This document shows positions 38,787 to 51,595 of a stretch of DNA of 64,000 nucleotides, in pieces (position 1 is the first letter of the stretch; each line of letters begins with the position of its first letter). The notes under the pieces were generated by a model. That model did no database searches and was not told where the DNA came from. It saw nothing but the letters and a program-made list of their open reading frames with translations. Made by a program: the position numbers and the translations under genes. Origin of the DNA: Orbicella franksi (taxonomy: Eukaryota); the NCBI GenBank assembly GCA_964199315.1, contig OZ116700.1, forward strand, positions 10,850,001 to 10,914,000. Reading direction: 5' to 3'.

Positions 38787-40797
38787 AGCTCCAGGCTGAA
38801 AAATAAGTACCTAAAGCGGCCGAGAAATGTCCGAGGGGGATAAGCGGGATTTCAAATGACGGAGCCATGATCTGGGTGATATACTCCATGGGCGAATGCC
38901 ATACGTACAGAACGAGCCATACATACATCACCTGTTGTTGAACCAAATTAACTTTTATTGCACTTTACTGGCTTGAAAGTTAATTACCGATGAACTATAT
39001 ACCACAAAAATGCGCCAGCGCGTGACGCGTGAATTATGTGCTACGTGCGCTGCGTGAAACCGGGTTTGGTTCCCTCCTTGTGATCAATGCATGCCTTGCT
39101 CGTGTTTAAGATAAACGTTTAGAATTGTACGAACTGCTTTACAGACTCTTTCACAATCTCAAAACTAAAATTTCCCCATTGTCATATACACTAACTGTTT
39201 AGTAATCGATGAAAACTTTCAAAGCCGTGCAATCTTGAGTCACGTGAAGTAAGCGTTATAAACACGCGGAGACCATTTGTCGAATAAACATAATAGTATT
39301 ACAGCTAGAGTAACTTTCATTTTCAGTTTATTATCAAGATAATGCTATCATTATAGCTAGCCTATCAACAGCCATCGCTCGAGCGCCTTCTGAGTATACC
39401 AAAGTCAGACTCAGCTCAGACGTGGACGTGGACGTGAGTGCGAGCAGTTACGTAGTCCCGTGTGTCACTCGGCAAGGCCCTAGAAGGTCAGGCCTCCAGG
39501 ATTAAGACTGAGAAAAGCAACATGAGAATAACAGATAATCAATATGAGAGGTCAAAATGCAGCATTTGAAACACATTCATGCAAGTACTCTTTTGTGTGT
39601 GCGACATGCGTGTAGTGATCAGCTTCTGAGTGCAGACAAGTGGCGTGAGTGATGATCGCTGGCACGACTCCCGGATTGGAGGACGTCGAAAGTGTGCAGT
39701 TTCAGTATTTATCGTCTTACGTGGAGTACAAATACTGTTTGCAGTTTTGTCTCCGGATCAGTTACATCATACGCGCGTTATTCTTTGGAGGACAAACAAA
39801 CTGTCCCCCATACCTCACTAAATTAGCTATAGATACGTCGCGAGTTATGTCATTTTTTCCTTAGAATCTCGGCTATAAGACCCCAGTTTATAAGTTTATA
39901 AGTCTCCACCCCCACCCCTTCCAAGCTAGCATACTAGCCCAAACTGCATATTCCTGGACTTATGGAACTGGCGGCGTTACTTCCCCACCTAGTCAAGCGT
40001 TTTGTTCTCGCAAAGTCGACGATATGAAAATTCACAGGAATGTCGGGTTCCCCCCTCCCCACTCTCCTCCAGCTTCTTAAGAAATCGTAAAATCAGAAGC
40101 GCTCGCATTTTTCATTTGCATCTTTTTCACAAATACAGTTAGACGTACGTGTAAAATGATGACATTATTGCGATTATGATAAGCCCGTTCCTTCAATTTT
40201 TTTTCGTTAATATAGTGTGGGACAATATATTTCCCGGTATCTCGTCAAATACCATTAAGAAAATGTTTATAACTGTTTACAAACATCTCTAAACAGGCCA
40301 GTTTCCCCCTACTTTGGAAAAGACCACGTGGGGAACAAGATTTTTATTAATTTAGAGCAAAGTTTTGACGATACTATCGGTTTATATTCATTTCTAATAC
40401 TAACAAACTGTCCGGCAAAGAACAAATTAGCGAGTACAATCTATTCAGAATTCCCTTCATCGAAGCAAATTAGGAGATTGTGGGTTGTATATGTGTTTAC
40501 AAAGGCCACATAGCGGATTAGGTTTTGAAGGAAGATATCTGTAATCCCATGGGGAGCCAAGCCGTGCCAAGTTGAAAGATAAATTTCTGGATCATGTAGC
40601 ATCTCTCGCAAGACGGTCTCGTAAGGTCTCACATGAATAGCTCGATATACAGAAACAATACCCCTAGCCTTAAAAAAATAATAACAGTCGCTAAAATGAT
40701 AAAACAGTAGCAGCTTACGAGAGCTGCTACACTTTTAAAATTTCTACCTAACTGGACGCAAAACCCACAATTCTCTACGGGATAACGCTCGAAACAC

Positions 40798-41199
40798 CCC
40801 GGGGGTACTCCCTTATATGGGCTATATAGGTGTGTGTGGCCCCAAAGGGTAGGGGTTTTCAGCCGTTTTGGTCATAAATAGGGTATCGATTTGGCCATTT
40901 TGGTCTTTAATAGGGTATGGTTTTTGCACTAGTCTTTCATCATTATCAATAAGACCGTGAACAAAAGCCCTTCATAACTTATGTTTAGCCAAGAGAAAAT
41001 GAGGGTCGAAAATGAGGGTCCCTCATTTTCTCTTGGTCTAGGGTAACTTTGCCAGCCGCAACGGTCAAAAGTAGGGTATCGAATTTTTGGTCTGCTCATA
41101 AATAGGTTAGGGGAAATCGCAGATTTTGGTGATAAATAGGGTAAAGGTTTTGGGAAGTGGACCGCACACCCCCACCCAACTTTTCAGGGAGTAACCCCC
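40798..41199. mobile_element. Second, inverted copy of the same MITE family, carrying a 51-bp insertion
   Basis: Reverse complement aligns by eye along its length with 38261..38649 (e.g. ATACCCTATT-x-AAGACCAAAATGGCCAAA-x-TCGA-x-ACCCTATT, ACCAAAATCTGCGATTT-x-CCCT). Confidence 0.8.
40988..41038. mobile_element. 51-bp hairpin element inserted at TA
   Basis: TIR G(A)CCAAGAGAAAATGAGGG / CCCTCATTTTCTCTTGGTC; TA at 40986..40987 and 41039..41040; absent from the sister copy. Confidence 0.8.
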
Positions 41200-41359
41200 T
41201 AAATGCTAAGATGCAATCGTTGATAAGTTACATTACGTTTTGCACTTGCCCGCCGACGCAACCTAATATTTGTCGTATTTCCGGCTGAACCGCTGTCGTT
41301 TGTCTCCGGCTAGCTTGTCTCCGTCTGCGTTCGCGGCTGCGCGCGGGGAAGAGCGCGGA

Positions 41360-41395
41360 CAAAGCGTTGGCCCACTTCCGTTTCGCGAGTTTTTA
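41360..41395 (+). promoter_or_regulatory. ETS-like core (CACTTCCG) in the CpG-rich SEC62 proximal promoter
   Basis: CCCACTTCCGTTTCGCG in a GC/CpG-rich patch about 150 bp upstream of the SEC62 ATG. Confidence 0.4.
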
Positions 41396-41526
41396 CGAGC
41401 ATCTACCGAAGGATTTCCGACATGGTTCGACGATGTTCGGATATCCGGCCACGGCAGTACAGCGCCTGAATGGTTTGTTCATCTTCCTGAAGTTGTATTT
41501 GTTTTGGTTTTTTTCTTCTGTGGAAC

Positions 41527-44500
41527 ATGGGGGATCAACCAAAGGTTTTAAGGAGACGAAAGAAGAAAGAAGTGAGTACATTTTAGTTTCCATATTGTAT
41601 ATTTATAGCGGGATGCTTTCCTTTAGAACCGACATTTTACGGCCCCTGGTTAATTAGGCTTGTGTCGACTGATGTAAGATGAATGTTCGTTTGTTGTTCT
41701 TTGGTTTCGTAAAGGCGCATGTCGGAATTTTTCTCAATTTACCGAATTGTTTTTGATGTTGAATGAGTGAATGTAATTATTTCTTGATGCTTTAGCCACG
41801 AGAAGACAGTCAAGAACCCACAAAAGAAGAGAACGAAGTTGGAAAGTACCTGAAATGGAACTGTCCTTCAAAGAACTCAACGATGATGAGCGAAAAAGTG
41901 GAATATTTCATCGGTAAATATCGATTTAAGTTAAATTATTCCTTTCGTTTTAACACTCCTTTTAAGCTTTTTCAACTAGCTTTCAACTGGCATTTTTGAA
42001 TTCGCTGACTCTGACTGCAAAAGCATCCAAATATTTGATGATGATTAAACGCGTGACTTACAACGAAGTGCAAAATTCTGCCGGCTGAAAGAATACGGTG
42101 TTTTATTCTCTTATATCTTATCTAGTGGGAACAAAACCTTAATTTCATCCTGGCAGAGCGTATGACTCAATCCTTTATCATTTTACAACTTAAATTTAAG
42201 AATTCAGTTTTGCTTGAAGCTTACAGAAAGTTCAGTGACTGTGTAGTGACTGTGTAGCTATGAAGAATTACGTGTCCTTTTCTTCCTTGACTCGATTAAA
42301 GGAAAGAAAAAATTGGTTAGATGCCACGAAGTAAGTGGCAAAGCCTTAACCATGTGTTGTAGGTTGAAAGTCCGAAGACTTTTCTCGTCCTTATCGAGGG
42401 AGATGCTAACCTTCTCTCGGCTCATACAACACGGTTATGTAATTGTTGATGTCGACTTTATATTACGCTCTCTGAAGCAAATCTCATCCTTGTGGGACAT
42501 CTTTTGGGTGAATATTTAAGCAACCCCATTGTCTCTCCCATATTTTTAATCAGCCATGTTTATTAGGTTTCTTGTCTTAATTTTATTGCAATATTCCGGC
42601 ATTTAAATTGTCTAAAGGCTGAAAACTAGTTTGTTTCCAATTTTAATTAACAGGGCTTTTTAAGAGACAGACTTAAAGTTGATTCATATGCAAACTAAAA
42701 TCTCAGTCACAAGCCAAATGAAGTAAATTCCCAGCTGAAATTGAATTCATCTACCTTACTTACTTAAACTCGCCTTGTGACAGTGAAACATGTTATTTAG
42801 TTGTCTACATGGGGTAAAATATTGCAAGAATAACTTTCCAATAAGTACATAAGAATCTCATTTTGTTGAATGAAAGTAAACAGAGTTTGCTTGCTGCTAA
42901 AATTTGTAAAGGAATAAAACATACTGATAAATGGAGTTTTTAACAAAAGTGACCATTGAGCCCTGGCCAAATGTACTCGAAATTAGATGGAAGTTGAAAA
43001 CTTGGGTCCTCTTGGGAGTTTGTTTGACCAGGCCTTGTGTGTGCTTGCACTGACTTGTGATGACTTGCACTCACTTTTGTCAAGATCAAATTTGCACACA
43101 AGTCAATGCAAGTTTTTAACTGTTTGGCCACCCAACCCAAGTCAATGCAAGCTGAGTGACGTCCATTAACCATTATTAGCCAATGAAATAGAGAATATTT
43201 CTGCCTTGAAATGGGTTTTGTTGTAACTTGTGAGTACTTGCAAAAAAACTTGCGAGTCCGTTTGGCCACCTAACACAAGTCTTTACGCAAGTTCGACTTG
43301 TGGCCACTTTTCGACTATTTGCAAGTCCAAGCCACAGTGCTGCAGATTTCCTCAACAAACTAGGTAAAGTACAATAAAACAAGCGGTTCTGAATGGAAAG
43401 TGTGAAGTCAAGCTTCACTTAATTGCAGCAATGAGGCTGATATCTATAATGCTGCATAATAATAAATAGGTGAACAACATAAAGATCGTGTTCATGAAAA
43501 ATGGTGACTTGGATAGAAGCATTCTCTAAAAGTACATTTGTGCTATCCAATTGGTGTTGTTGATTTGTTGAGAACACAAAAGTCAGCAGAAAAGTTTATA
43601 TAAGGAACACTAAAACAATTCCTCTAGAAGAGAATGCAAATTTTAATAAGCAGTACATTTGGTTGAACTAGCGATATTTCCATACCGTAGATGAGAAAGC
43701 CTATTTTGATCTTGTCCACAGTGTTCTGTAGCGGGGTTTTGGTTTAGAAGGCCTTTGATTCAGGCCTTCTTGCAACCCAAAGAATGATACTATTGCTTCT
43801 AAGTCATTGTCACCCTCTTAACCATTGGTTGAGTCTTCTTGATGCGTATTCCTTACCATTTCGCTCTCCTTAAAGGTGTGTTTTGGTTCTAAGTACAGAA
43901 TTTTGCGATCTAGAAGAAAACCACAACACACAACACCATCTTTATTTTCGATGTTGCTAACAAAAAAAACAAAACAAAACAAAACTCTCCCCAACCCCCT
44001 AGAATATGTAAAAGACCAACACTCAATAGGTACCAAAGAAATCTCTGGGGAGTGGGCAAGAGGCAATTGTTAGTATTTTCAAAGGGCCACTTGCCTCACC
44101 TACCCTGGAAGGGAGTTGATATATGCTCCCAGCTACTCCTACACGAAGTTAAAGGAGTGAAACATGAACAGTTAAACAGATTGTGTTACGGTCTTTTAGT
44201 ATGCCCTGCCATTGTGTCCAGATGATGAGAATATTGACATCTGAGGGCCACATTTTCGATCAGAAACTAGCATTTCGTGTACTCGGAGTATCTTTCCCAA
44301 GATTCTAACCTCAATAGTACTCCGTCCTATGGACTCTGCAATAATTATAATAATTTATAATACAATAATTATTATCAGAAAATAACAGAGATGAATTCTC
44401 ACCTTTTGGAGAATCATAGGGTCTTAATTTCATTGCAGAGTTAGCCTTTCATGGTTACAACTGTTGATGAATGTTTTAAAGTACACATCACCAGTTGTAA

Positions 44501-47500
44501 ATATGAAAGGATAAAAGTTAGCATGGAAAGTTTAAAACAACCTATTAATGTCGCCACGACATCACTTTTAAGTGACAAAATAAAAAAAAGCAACAACTCT
44601 TGGAATCTACTTCTACCTCTACATCTACATCTATATAAAATATGTAATCTGCAAAAGGATTTACCCACCACTGCAGATGTAAAAGAGGAAAAAAAAATAG
44701 GAGATAAATGTAAGTAAATCCCCATTTAGATAACAAAAAGAGACAAGACTGACCCTAAACAACCCAACACTCGGTTGGTCTATCACTTCAGCAAGAAGTG
44801 AGTTCCACTCAGGTGTAGTTCTTGCATTAAAACTGAATTTGTAAGTATTACTCACAGGCGTTAAAGCGGATTGTACAGGAAAGAGCTTGAAACATTTAGC
44901 CATTTCAGCAGACTCTGGGATCAACAGTATGCAGCTGTTTCGAAATAGTGAAGCAACTGGTGGTTTTATTTTACTACCTCTCCTGGGCAGATCACCTTCC
45001 AGTATTTTATCAGGTTGCCCTTGGTAACAAATTTCTTGTTTTATCTGTACAAGTGCTGTCAATATCAGTGCGATCTTACATCTCGTTCAGTTTTTTAAGC
45101 AGTATTTTTTTTTTTCTTATTCAAAAATAAATTCTTCAACTGAGCAAACAGAAGCAAACCTTCCCTCAGCCATTTTTCAAAGCATGCAGATTTTTGTGCA
45201 ACGGCTCTCAGATGACGTTCTCTTCAGTGTGTTGATTCATCATTAGTGAAATTTTGTCATTTGTGTTGATAATTGGATGAACAGTATTTTTTCACAGTGA
45301 AACTTTGACGTTTCTGCTCCTGATTGGCTACATTTAGAATCAGTACGAATTTGATACACTATGGTTTTCACAGGTAAATCTCAATACCTATGAAATAAAT
45401 TGCACTCTGCACTATCTCTGATTGTCTCACTAGTTTTGTTTGGATTTAGGCTCTAAAGCAGTGGACTGTTTGCTTGACTCAAAATGGGCATCTGGTAAAG
45501 GAGGTACTGAGATACTATTCACTGATCGTGTGTCTGTGGAAACATATCTAGATAGGTAAGCCAAACTATTTGACATAAATGCACATGCTCTCTTAAGTGA
45601 CACTGTCACAACTCAGACATTTAGTCCACAAGCAAATATTTACTATTAGGATTTTCTTCCAATGCAAAACAAGCAGTTCTCTTCAAAGAATTGTTTTGTT
45701 TGTTTTTGGTAAAGGTTCTACATGTACATGCACGTAAAGCTACTTTAGCCCTCAATTTTCATCCTTTTTCCCTGTGTCATGAAATAAATAACAAGAATCA
45801 GTGTGACCATGAATGCTCACAGAGAGTTAATTTTGATTAAAATATTCAAAAGATGGCAAGATATAAAGTAATGCTGAGAGTTAGTGAGTAATAACATTCA
45901 GTTCTTTAACAATGTAGTGCCATCTGAATTTCATAACAGTTTCTGCTATCTTGCATTCATAACATTAATCCAATCTGTGCAGTTATGAATTCTGTATAGG
46001 TGAAATTTGAGTTAAAAGGCATTTCCCATGTGTAATGTTCTAAAACAGAGAGTAGGTGTAAAAACTTGGAAAAACCCAGACTAAAAAGAAAACATAATAA
46101 TGGGGGGGGGGGGGGGGGGTGGTGAGGAGTTATTTTTCAGCAGGGTTGTAGCTAAGAAAATAGTCTCTTGGCTAAATTTTTCATTGGGCTGGTCACCATT
46201 TTTCATGAGAGACCTGGAACAAAATTTTTGTCCCCAATCTTTCATAGCACCTTTAATGTGGGGCTACCAAGCTTTGTGTTTACAAGATGGTGGACGCAGT
46301 ACATGGAGAGAGAACACACAAAGCAAGTGCTGAAAACAAGATTTTATTTCAATTACTTTACTCATTATAGTGCCACCGATACTCAAGGTAGTCAGGAATT
46401 TATTCTAAACTTTTCATTTAGATGTTTTTTTATGTTCAGATATCGAATGGTTGTACATGCATGACCTAAAGACGGTTCATTGTCCTTAACCAAGTGATCG
46501 CCTGCCAAATCCAGGTGGCAATTACCTCTTTCTCAGCAGGTGCTTTGCAACAACCCTGTTTGCATTCACCTAAAAGTTAGGCAAAAAATCCACTTGACTG
46601 TGCAAACATTGAAATGCTCATGGAATAGTAACTTAGTCACAGTGACAAAAAGTGTTATCTTTTCAGGTTACTGCTTTTGGGATTCTTCAGTCGTGTTGTG
46701 CGAATCAAAAAAGTAGTTAAGACCAAGGAAGAGAAAGAAAAAGAGAAAGAGGAAAAAAAGAAAGAAAAAGAGAAGGAAAGTGAGAAAGGAGATGTGAAAG
46801 AGAAAGATGAATCAGAAAGCAAGAAGCCAAAGAAGAAACCAAAGAAAGAGAAAACAGAAGAAGGAAAAAAGGCAGGTTAACCAACTAATAATTCATCTGT
46901 ACATAGCTTGACTGTTAACATATTCCCTGATTGCATCCTTTGGTTTTAATGTAGAGTGCCATTGATAAAGTGTAAAGGCCTTGAGAAAAGCTTGGTCAGT
47001 CATCCAGGGTAATAAGATGTCCCAGGCCGACAAGCAGCTATCTCTGCTCACTTGCCGAGACAAGCCACTGGCTAATCAAATAGTAAATATTAAGAATGTT
47101 TTCAAAGCAACCAAGAAATATCTAAGTCACATGGATAATCAGGGGATTTAGATTGAACTTATGAAAACTACAAACTACAAGGTAGATTATGTGAAAAGCA
47201 GAATTTATATTGAAATTTTAATGAGTGCTTTCAATTGGCAGTTTTTATATATAATCATTTAACATATTTAAACTATGTTTATTGCCAGTAATGAAGTGCC
47301 ATTGAATTAAGTTTTTAAACATTAGTAATTAACACACATTGTTCTGTTTTATTTGTCATGACAGCTTGCTCAAGTGAATAAGAGAAAAAAGCTCAGAAAT
47401 TTTTTTTTTGTCAGCCAAATTCCAATCATGTGGATAAATTTTTAGTTTGCCAATGAAAACTATTAGATCCATAGAAAATAAAACCTATGCATTTGAAGAG

Positions 47501-50500
47501 AACACAATTTTTTTTATTTTATTTATTTATTTATTTATTTTGTTTTTTGTGGTTAAATTGAAGCCAATTTTCCATCTGAGTCGAGCACTGGTTATCAAAC
47601 ACATGATCAAAATTTACCAGGATCAAGTTTCTTTCTTTGCCAAACTATTATTTTATTCATTTTGGACAAATGAGGTTTTGCAGGTGAAGTATTTGAGAGT
47701 GGGATCTACAGAAACGTGTTAATAAGGCAGACAAATGAAATCACATTGATTGTGCAAGTTTGGCTTGTGCTTGCAACAAGATAGGCTGTGGCCATAGCAA
47801 CTGTTGAGAGTGCAGTGTTCAGCATCCCGTCTAAATGAATTTTACCCTTCCAATACAATTGTCAAAGAAATCGACAACTTACCAACACATTGCAAATAAA
47901 TTGTGAACAGATTGCTGACAATTCCTTGGTTGTTGGCACTTAGTCTAAAAGGTAAAAAAAAAACACACGACAATCTGGCGACTGACTGTTGACCACCACC
48001 AACATTCTACTGTCAAAATGCCAAGAAATGGTAGACAATCACATATCAGAAACAAGAAACACTAGTTTCCTTTTTTTCCCTTCATGAATTAGTTGGAGAG
48101 CATAGGCGAGCAGGAGAAGCTCAGGGTAATAGGCATACTGGCTGAGGAGAGGGTGGGATGCAGTCCCCCCTGTTTTGGAAAACTGTGTTAGTAATTTTTT
48201 GGGCAAGATGCTCATGATTTAGGCAACAGTGCTCTATTTCTGGCAGTAGGCGTGCACAAGAATTGTGAAGTGCAATTTTGGTGCATAAAGTATCCTGATT
48301 TCAACACATGCATTTGAGCATTATGTATTTTTTGGGGGTGCAAGAAGGTCACCATCCTCCAAAGTCTGAAGGTGCCAGTTTGCCGTTGCTTTGGGCAGTT
48401 GGATGCCATAAAGGCAAGCTGGAATACAACTAATTGTTTTTTTCAAGCCCTGATCTATAGATTCACTGCATGCAATGTTTGTGTTATGTTTCTGAAGTGA
48501 CTCAGTTTGTGTTGAAAGGTGCAAGTTTTGTGCCATTATAACAGGCTAACCAACAGACTAACCCATGCTGTTTGTAATTAATTTTCAAGGATGATGGTGA
48601 TAGCGGAGAAAGCAAACAAAAAGTATGACAATAGTTTCAGTACTTTTGTAAAAACAGATTCTATCCCACTACATATTTGCCCTATCTAACCCCCTTGTGA
48701 ACATTTAACTGTGCTATTGTGGACTACAGGTAGTCGCTCTATCACTTAGTTGGTTGTGCACGATGAGAAAGAAAACCGTGCTTCTCACCCTCAGGATTTG
48801 GGGTGGCCATTTTTCCTCGCTGTTTATTTATGGTCTCTCTCGACAGACTAAGTGGTAGAAGGACTTCTTATAGTCTAGTGCTACTGTTGGAAGAGATTTG
48901 TGGATTTAGCTTTGAAATTTTGTTTTTTTGTTGACATTGTTTATAAATGGTTTAGTCAAGTGAAGCAAATGGAGATGGCGATGGGAAAAAGAAGAGAAAG
49001 GTTAGTTGCAACTCTTGATGACAGATCAACATGTTTTTAACCAATGCAAAAGTTGTCTTACACTGTCCCCATCTCTAATTTCCTCCCTGTAGAGATTGGA
49101 ATAAATATTAAAAAAAAACAAGTCTCTCTTACTCTTCCCTGAGAAAAAAACGTGTATTGAGCCCAGCTTCAGCTCAATCTCCCTGACCTGATTCAGGAAA
49201 GGAGGGTTTTAATTAGGATCATATTGGGTTTAAACAGGTTTTTTTGGTGCTTCCAAATTTGAACAACTTCATTATCTTGGTAATATTTGTTCTGTAATAA
49301 GCAACATCACTTGTAAATGTGGATTTAATTCTTCTGACGTGATCTCCCTCTCTTAGTTTTGTGGTCCCAATCTTAATCTCTTATATTTGCTATGATATAC
49401 ATGTCCTTTAATATCAACTTGGGGCATTTTGTGTTACATCAAGCTTTAGGGTGCATTTCAAGAGTCCACTCTGGGTAATGATTCTTTGGTTCCTATGATG
49501 CATCATGACCAAAGTGATCTTGACTTTTGTTTAGTAAAGAAACGCAAAATTTGTTTTTGGGTTTAAGAATCTTGGATCCAATCTTGGATTTTTCCAAAGA
49601 AATTTGCAGTCCTAGACTTTCTTTGTTTTGTTAGCTTTGTAGTGGAGTGATATTGCTAATCCAACAGTCACATGGTTATCAACTATCATTCCTCTTGTGA
49701 CATTGTAGTGAAGTTTATATTGTTTAAATTTTATGGCTTACATAAGTAATTTTTGTTTGTTAGGTGAAAGTGAAGCTGGAATTGCACGATGATCAGATAT
49801 TTGTGGATGCTGATGAGGAGGTCAGTAGCATTTTGCAGCAGTATATTCACCGCTACCAATATAGGCTGTACCCCGTAACAGCTGCTATGGCTGAGTATGT
49901 TGGATGGGCCCTTGATGTTGCAGGGGAGCTTGCCTGTAGTTGATACGATACATCAAGAAAGAAACATGTTTGGCATTGGCGTGAATATCAAGGCTACTGG
50001 TTAATCAAAACTTAATGACAGCCCAGATAATTACTTATTCAGTGACACAACTGTTCAAAATGTCATACATTTTGTGCTTCACTTCAATGTTGTTGTAGTA
50101 CTGTCATCAAATAACATTTTCATACCATGTCATCCCATACGTACAGTATTTCAGCCTGGTTTTATTTTTAATGTGGCATTAATGTTGTTCGCATAAATTA
50201 TATATTGTCAATGCCAGTTTTGCCCTTTCTCAGGCTTATGTCTGGAGATTTGACCCAGTTCATCCAAAGACCTTTGTTCTTGGGGTTTTGGTTGGTAAGT
50301 ACATCAGTCCATTTGACAATCAGTAGTTGTAGCTGTTGTTGTTGTTTTTTTTAGTCGATCACTTGGTTGGTTAGTTAACTGACCAGTCAGTTATTCAGTC
50401 TATCAGTCTCTGTCTCTCCCTCTATCCATTAGTCTATATGTTTGTCAACTAGCAGTTGGTTAGTTGTTTGGTTGGTTGGTCAATGAATTAGGTGATTGGT

Positions 50501-51595
50501 CAGTTAGCCAGTCATTCAGAAAGTCAGGCCATCTCTTTGTCCATCAGACAGTCCGTGATGCCAGCCAGACAGTCAGTCAATCACTCCATTAGTCAATCAA
50601 TCACTCAACCTGAAGACAACCAACCTATAACTAACGTACTGTTTTATAGTGCTTGTTTTCTCAGTACCGGTACTAGTTTTACTGCACATTTGTGGTTGGG
50701 CGGTATATTGACTGTTTTCTCTCCGTTTTTTGTCCAACAGTGATAGCCACAATTGCGATCTGCCTGTTCCCATTGTGGCCCAGTAATGTCAGGGAGTATG
50801 TGTGGTATCTGAGTGTTCTGGCAGCTGTGGCAGTGGGTGCCATACTTGTGCTTGCCCTATGTACGTTTGAAATTACTATTTCTTATGGACATGTCTTTTG
50901 AAATTGTTGTTCTTTTTGTATAAGGGCAATTTTAAAAAAAGTCAGTAGATAGGTCATCAAGACACAACTTTTCCTCACAGGTTCGCGTGTATTTCGTACG
51001 GTGAAAGTTAGGAGAATTTTGTTAAATTTCAGGAGAGTACTTATTCGCCAACATGACTTAGATAGGGAGCATAAAAGGGGGATCCGAGGCTTCCCTAAGG
51101 TTTTTCCCCAAGGTTTGAGCCCTTGTTATTTTCCCCGCGGAGAATTATACACTACCTGCTGTTTATTTGGTGCTAAAGCTGGTTTTTTTTTTTCGGTCAT
51201 CCTTTGCAGTGCGTTACGTTTTCTTTGCAATCGTTTGGGTATTAACAGCAGGACGACATCACTTCTGGCTTTTACCGAACCTGACGGAAGAATGCGGCTT
51301 CTTTGAATCGTTTGTTCCGCTTTACACGCACGAATATAAAGGAAGCAAGCCTGAAGAAAAACCCGAGGAACAGAACGAAAATGAACTGGGAAAAGAAGAT
51401 GAAAACGAAGGGGACAAGGAAGAAGAGGAAGGAACGGTACAAGGCAACAAGGAAGAGAGTGGCGAGGAAAAAGATCATACGGACAAAGAACCTTGGGTAA
51501 CATTAACAGAGGAAGAAGTGGCGACAGCGAGAAGTGAAGTGGATAAAGACCTTGAAGATTCAAATGACACTTTAACTTCTGAAGTGAAGTGTTGA
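41527..51595 (+). CDS. SEC62: Translocation protein SEC62, about 391 aa; exons 41527..41571, 41796..41913, 45450..45555, 46667..46871, 48590..48622, 48956..49000, 49764..49820, 50234..50294, 50741..50860, 51210..51595
   Basis: Spliced reading gives EPTKEENEVGKYLKWNCPSK...VEYFIGSKAVDCLLDSKW, a K/E-rich linker, KLELHDDQIFVDADEEAYVWRFDPVHPKTFV, TM1 ...CLFPLWPSNVR, TM2, then GRHHFWLLPNLTEECGFFESFVPLYTHEYKG, all characteristic of SEC62. Phases are consistent if exon 4 uses the GC donor at 46872. Confidence 0.95.
42960..43335. repeat. Degenerate MITE-like repeat in SEC62 intron 2
   Basis: GCCCTGGCCAAA-x-GTACTCG left end with internal inverted copies (GTTTGACCAGGCC, CTTGCGAGTCCGTTTGGCCA) and GCAAGT/ACTTGC subrepeats. 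Confidence 0.5.
44745..45040 (-). mobile_element. 3' remnant of a non-LTR retrotransposon (CR1/L2-like ORF2 C-terminus)
   Basis: Minus-strand translation ...TPVSNTYKFSFNARTTPEWNSLLAEVIDQPSVGLFRVSL matches the typical ORF2 tail YK-x-SFFPRT-x-x-EWNSLP-x-x-V...F-x-x-x-L. Confidence 0.7.
50350..50612. repeat. Degenerate tetranucleotide low-complexity tract (GGTT/TCAG/TCAA)
   Basis: Runs such as TTGGTTGGTTAGTT, CAGTCAGTCAATCA and CAATCAATCA in a SEC62 intron. Confidence 0.7.

Noticed and set aside
40441-40632. Protein-like minus-strand ORF (RPYETVLREMLHDPEIY...)
   Set aside because: No ATG start or partner exons and no recognised domain; cannot be distinguished from chance without a search.
44222-44244. 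Box C (ATGATGA) and box D (CTGA) motifs in a SEC62 intron
   Set aside because: Only about 12 nt apart, too close for a C/D snoRNA, and no terminal stem.
46730-46870. Long purine-only run
   Set aside because: It is the Lys/Glu-rich coding part of SEC62 exon 4, not a separate repeat.
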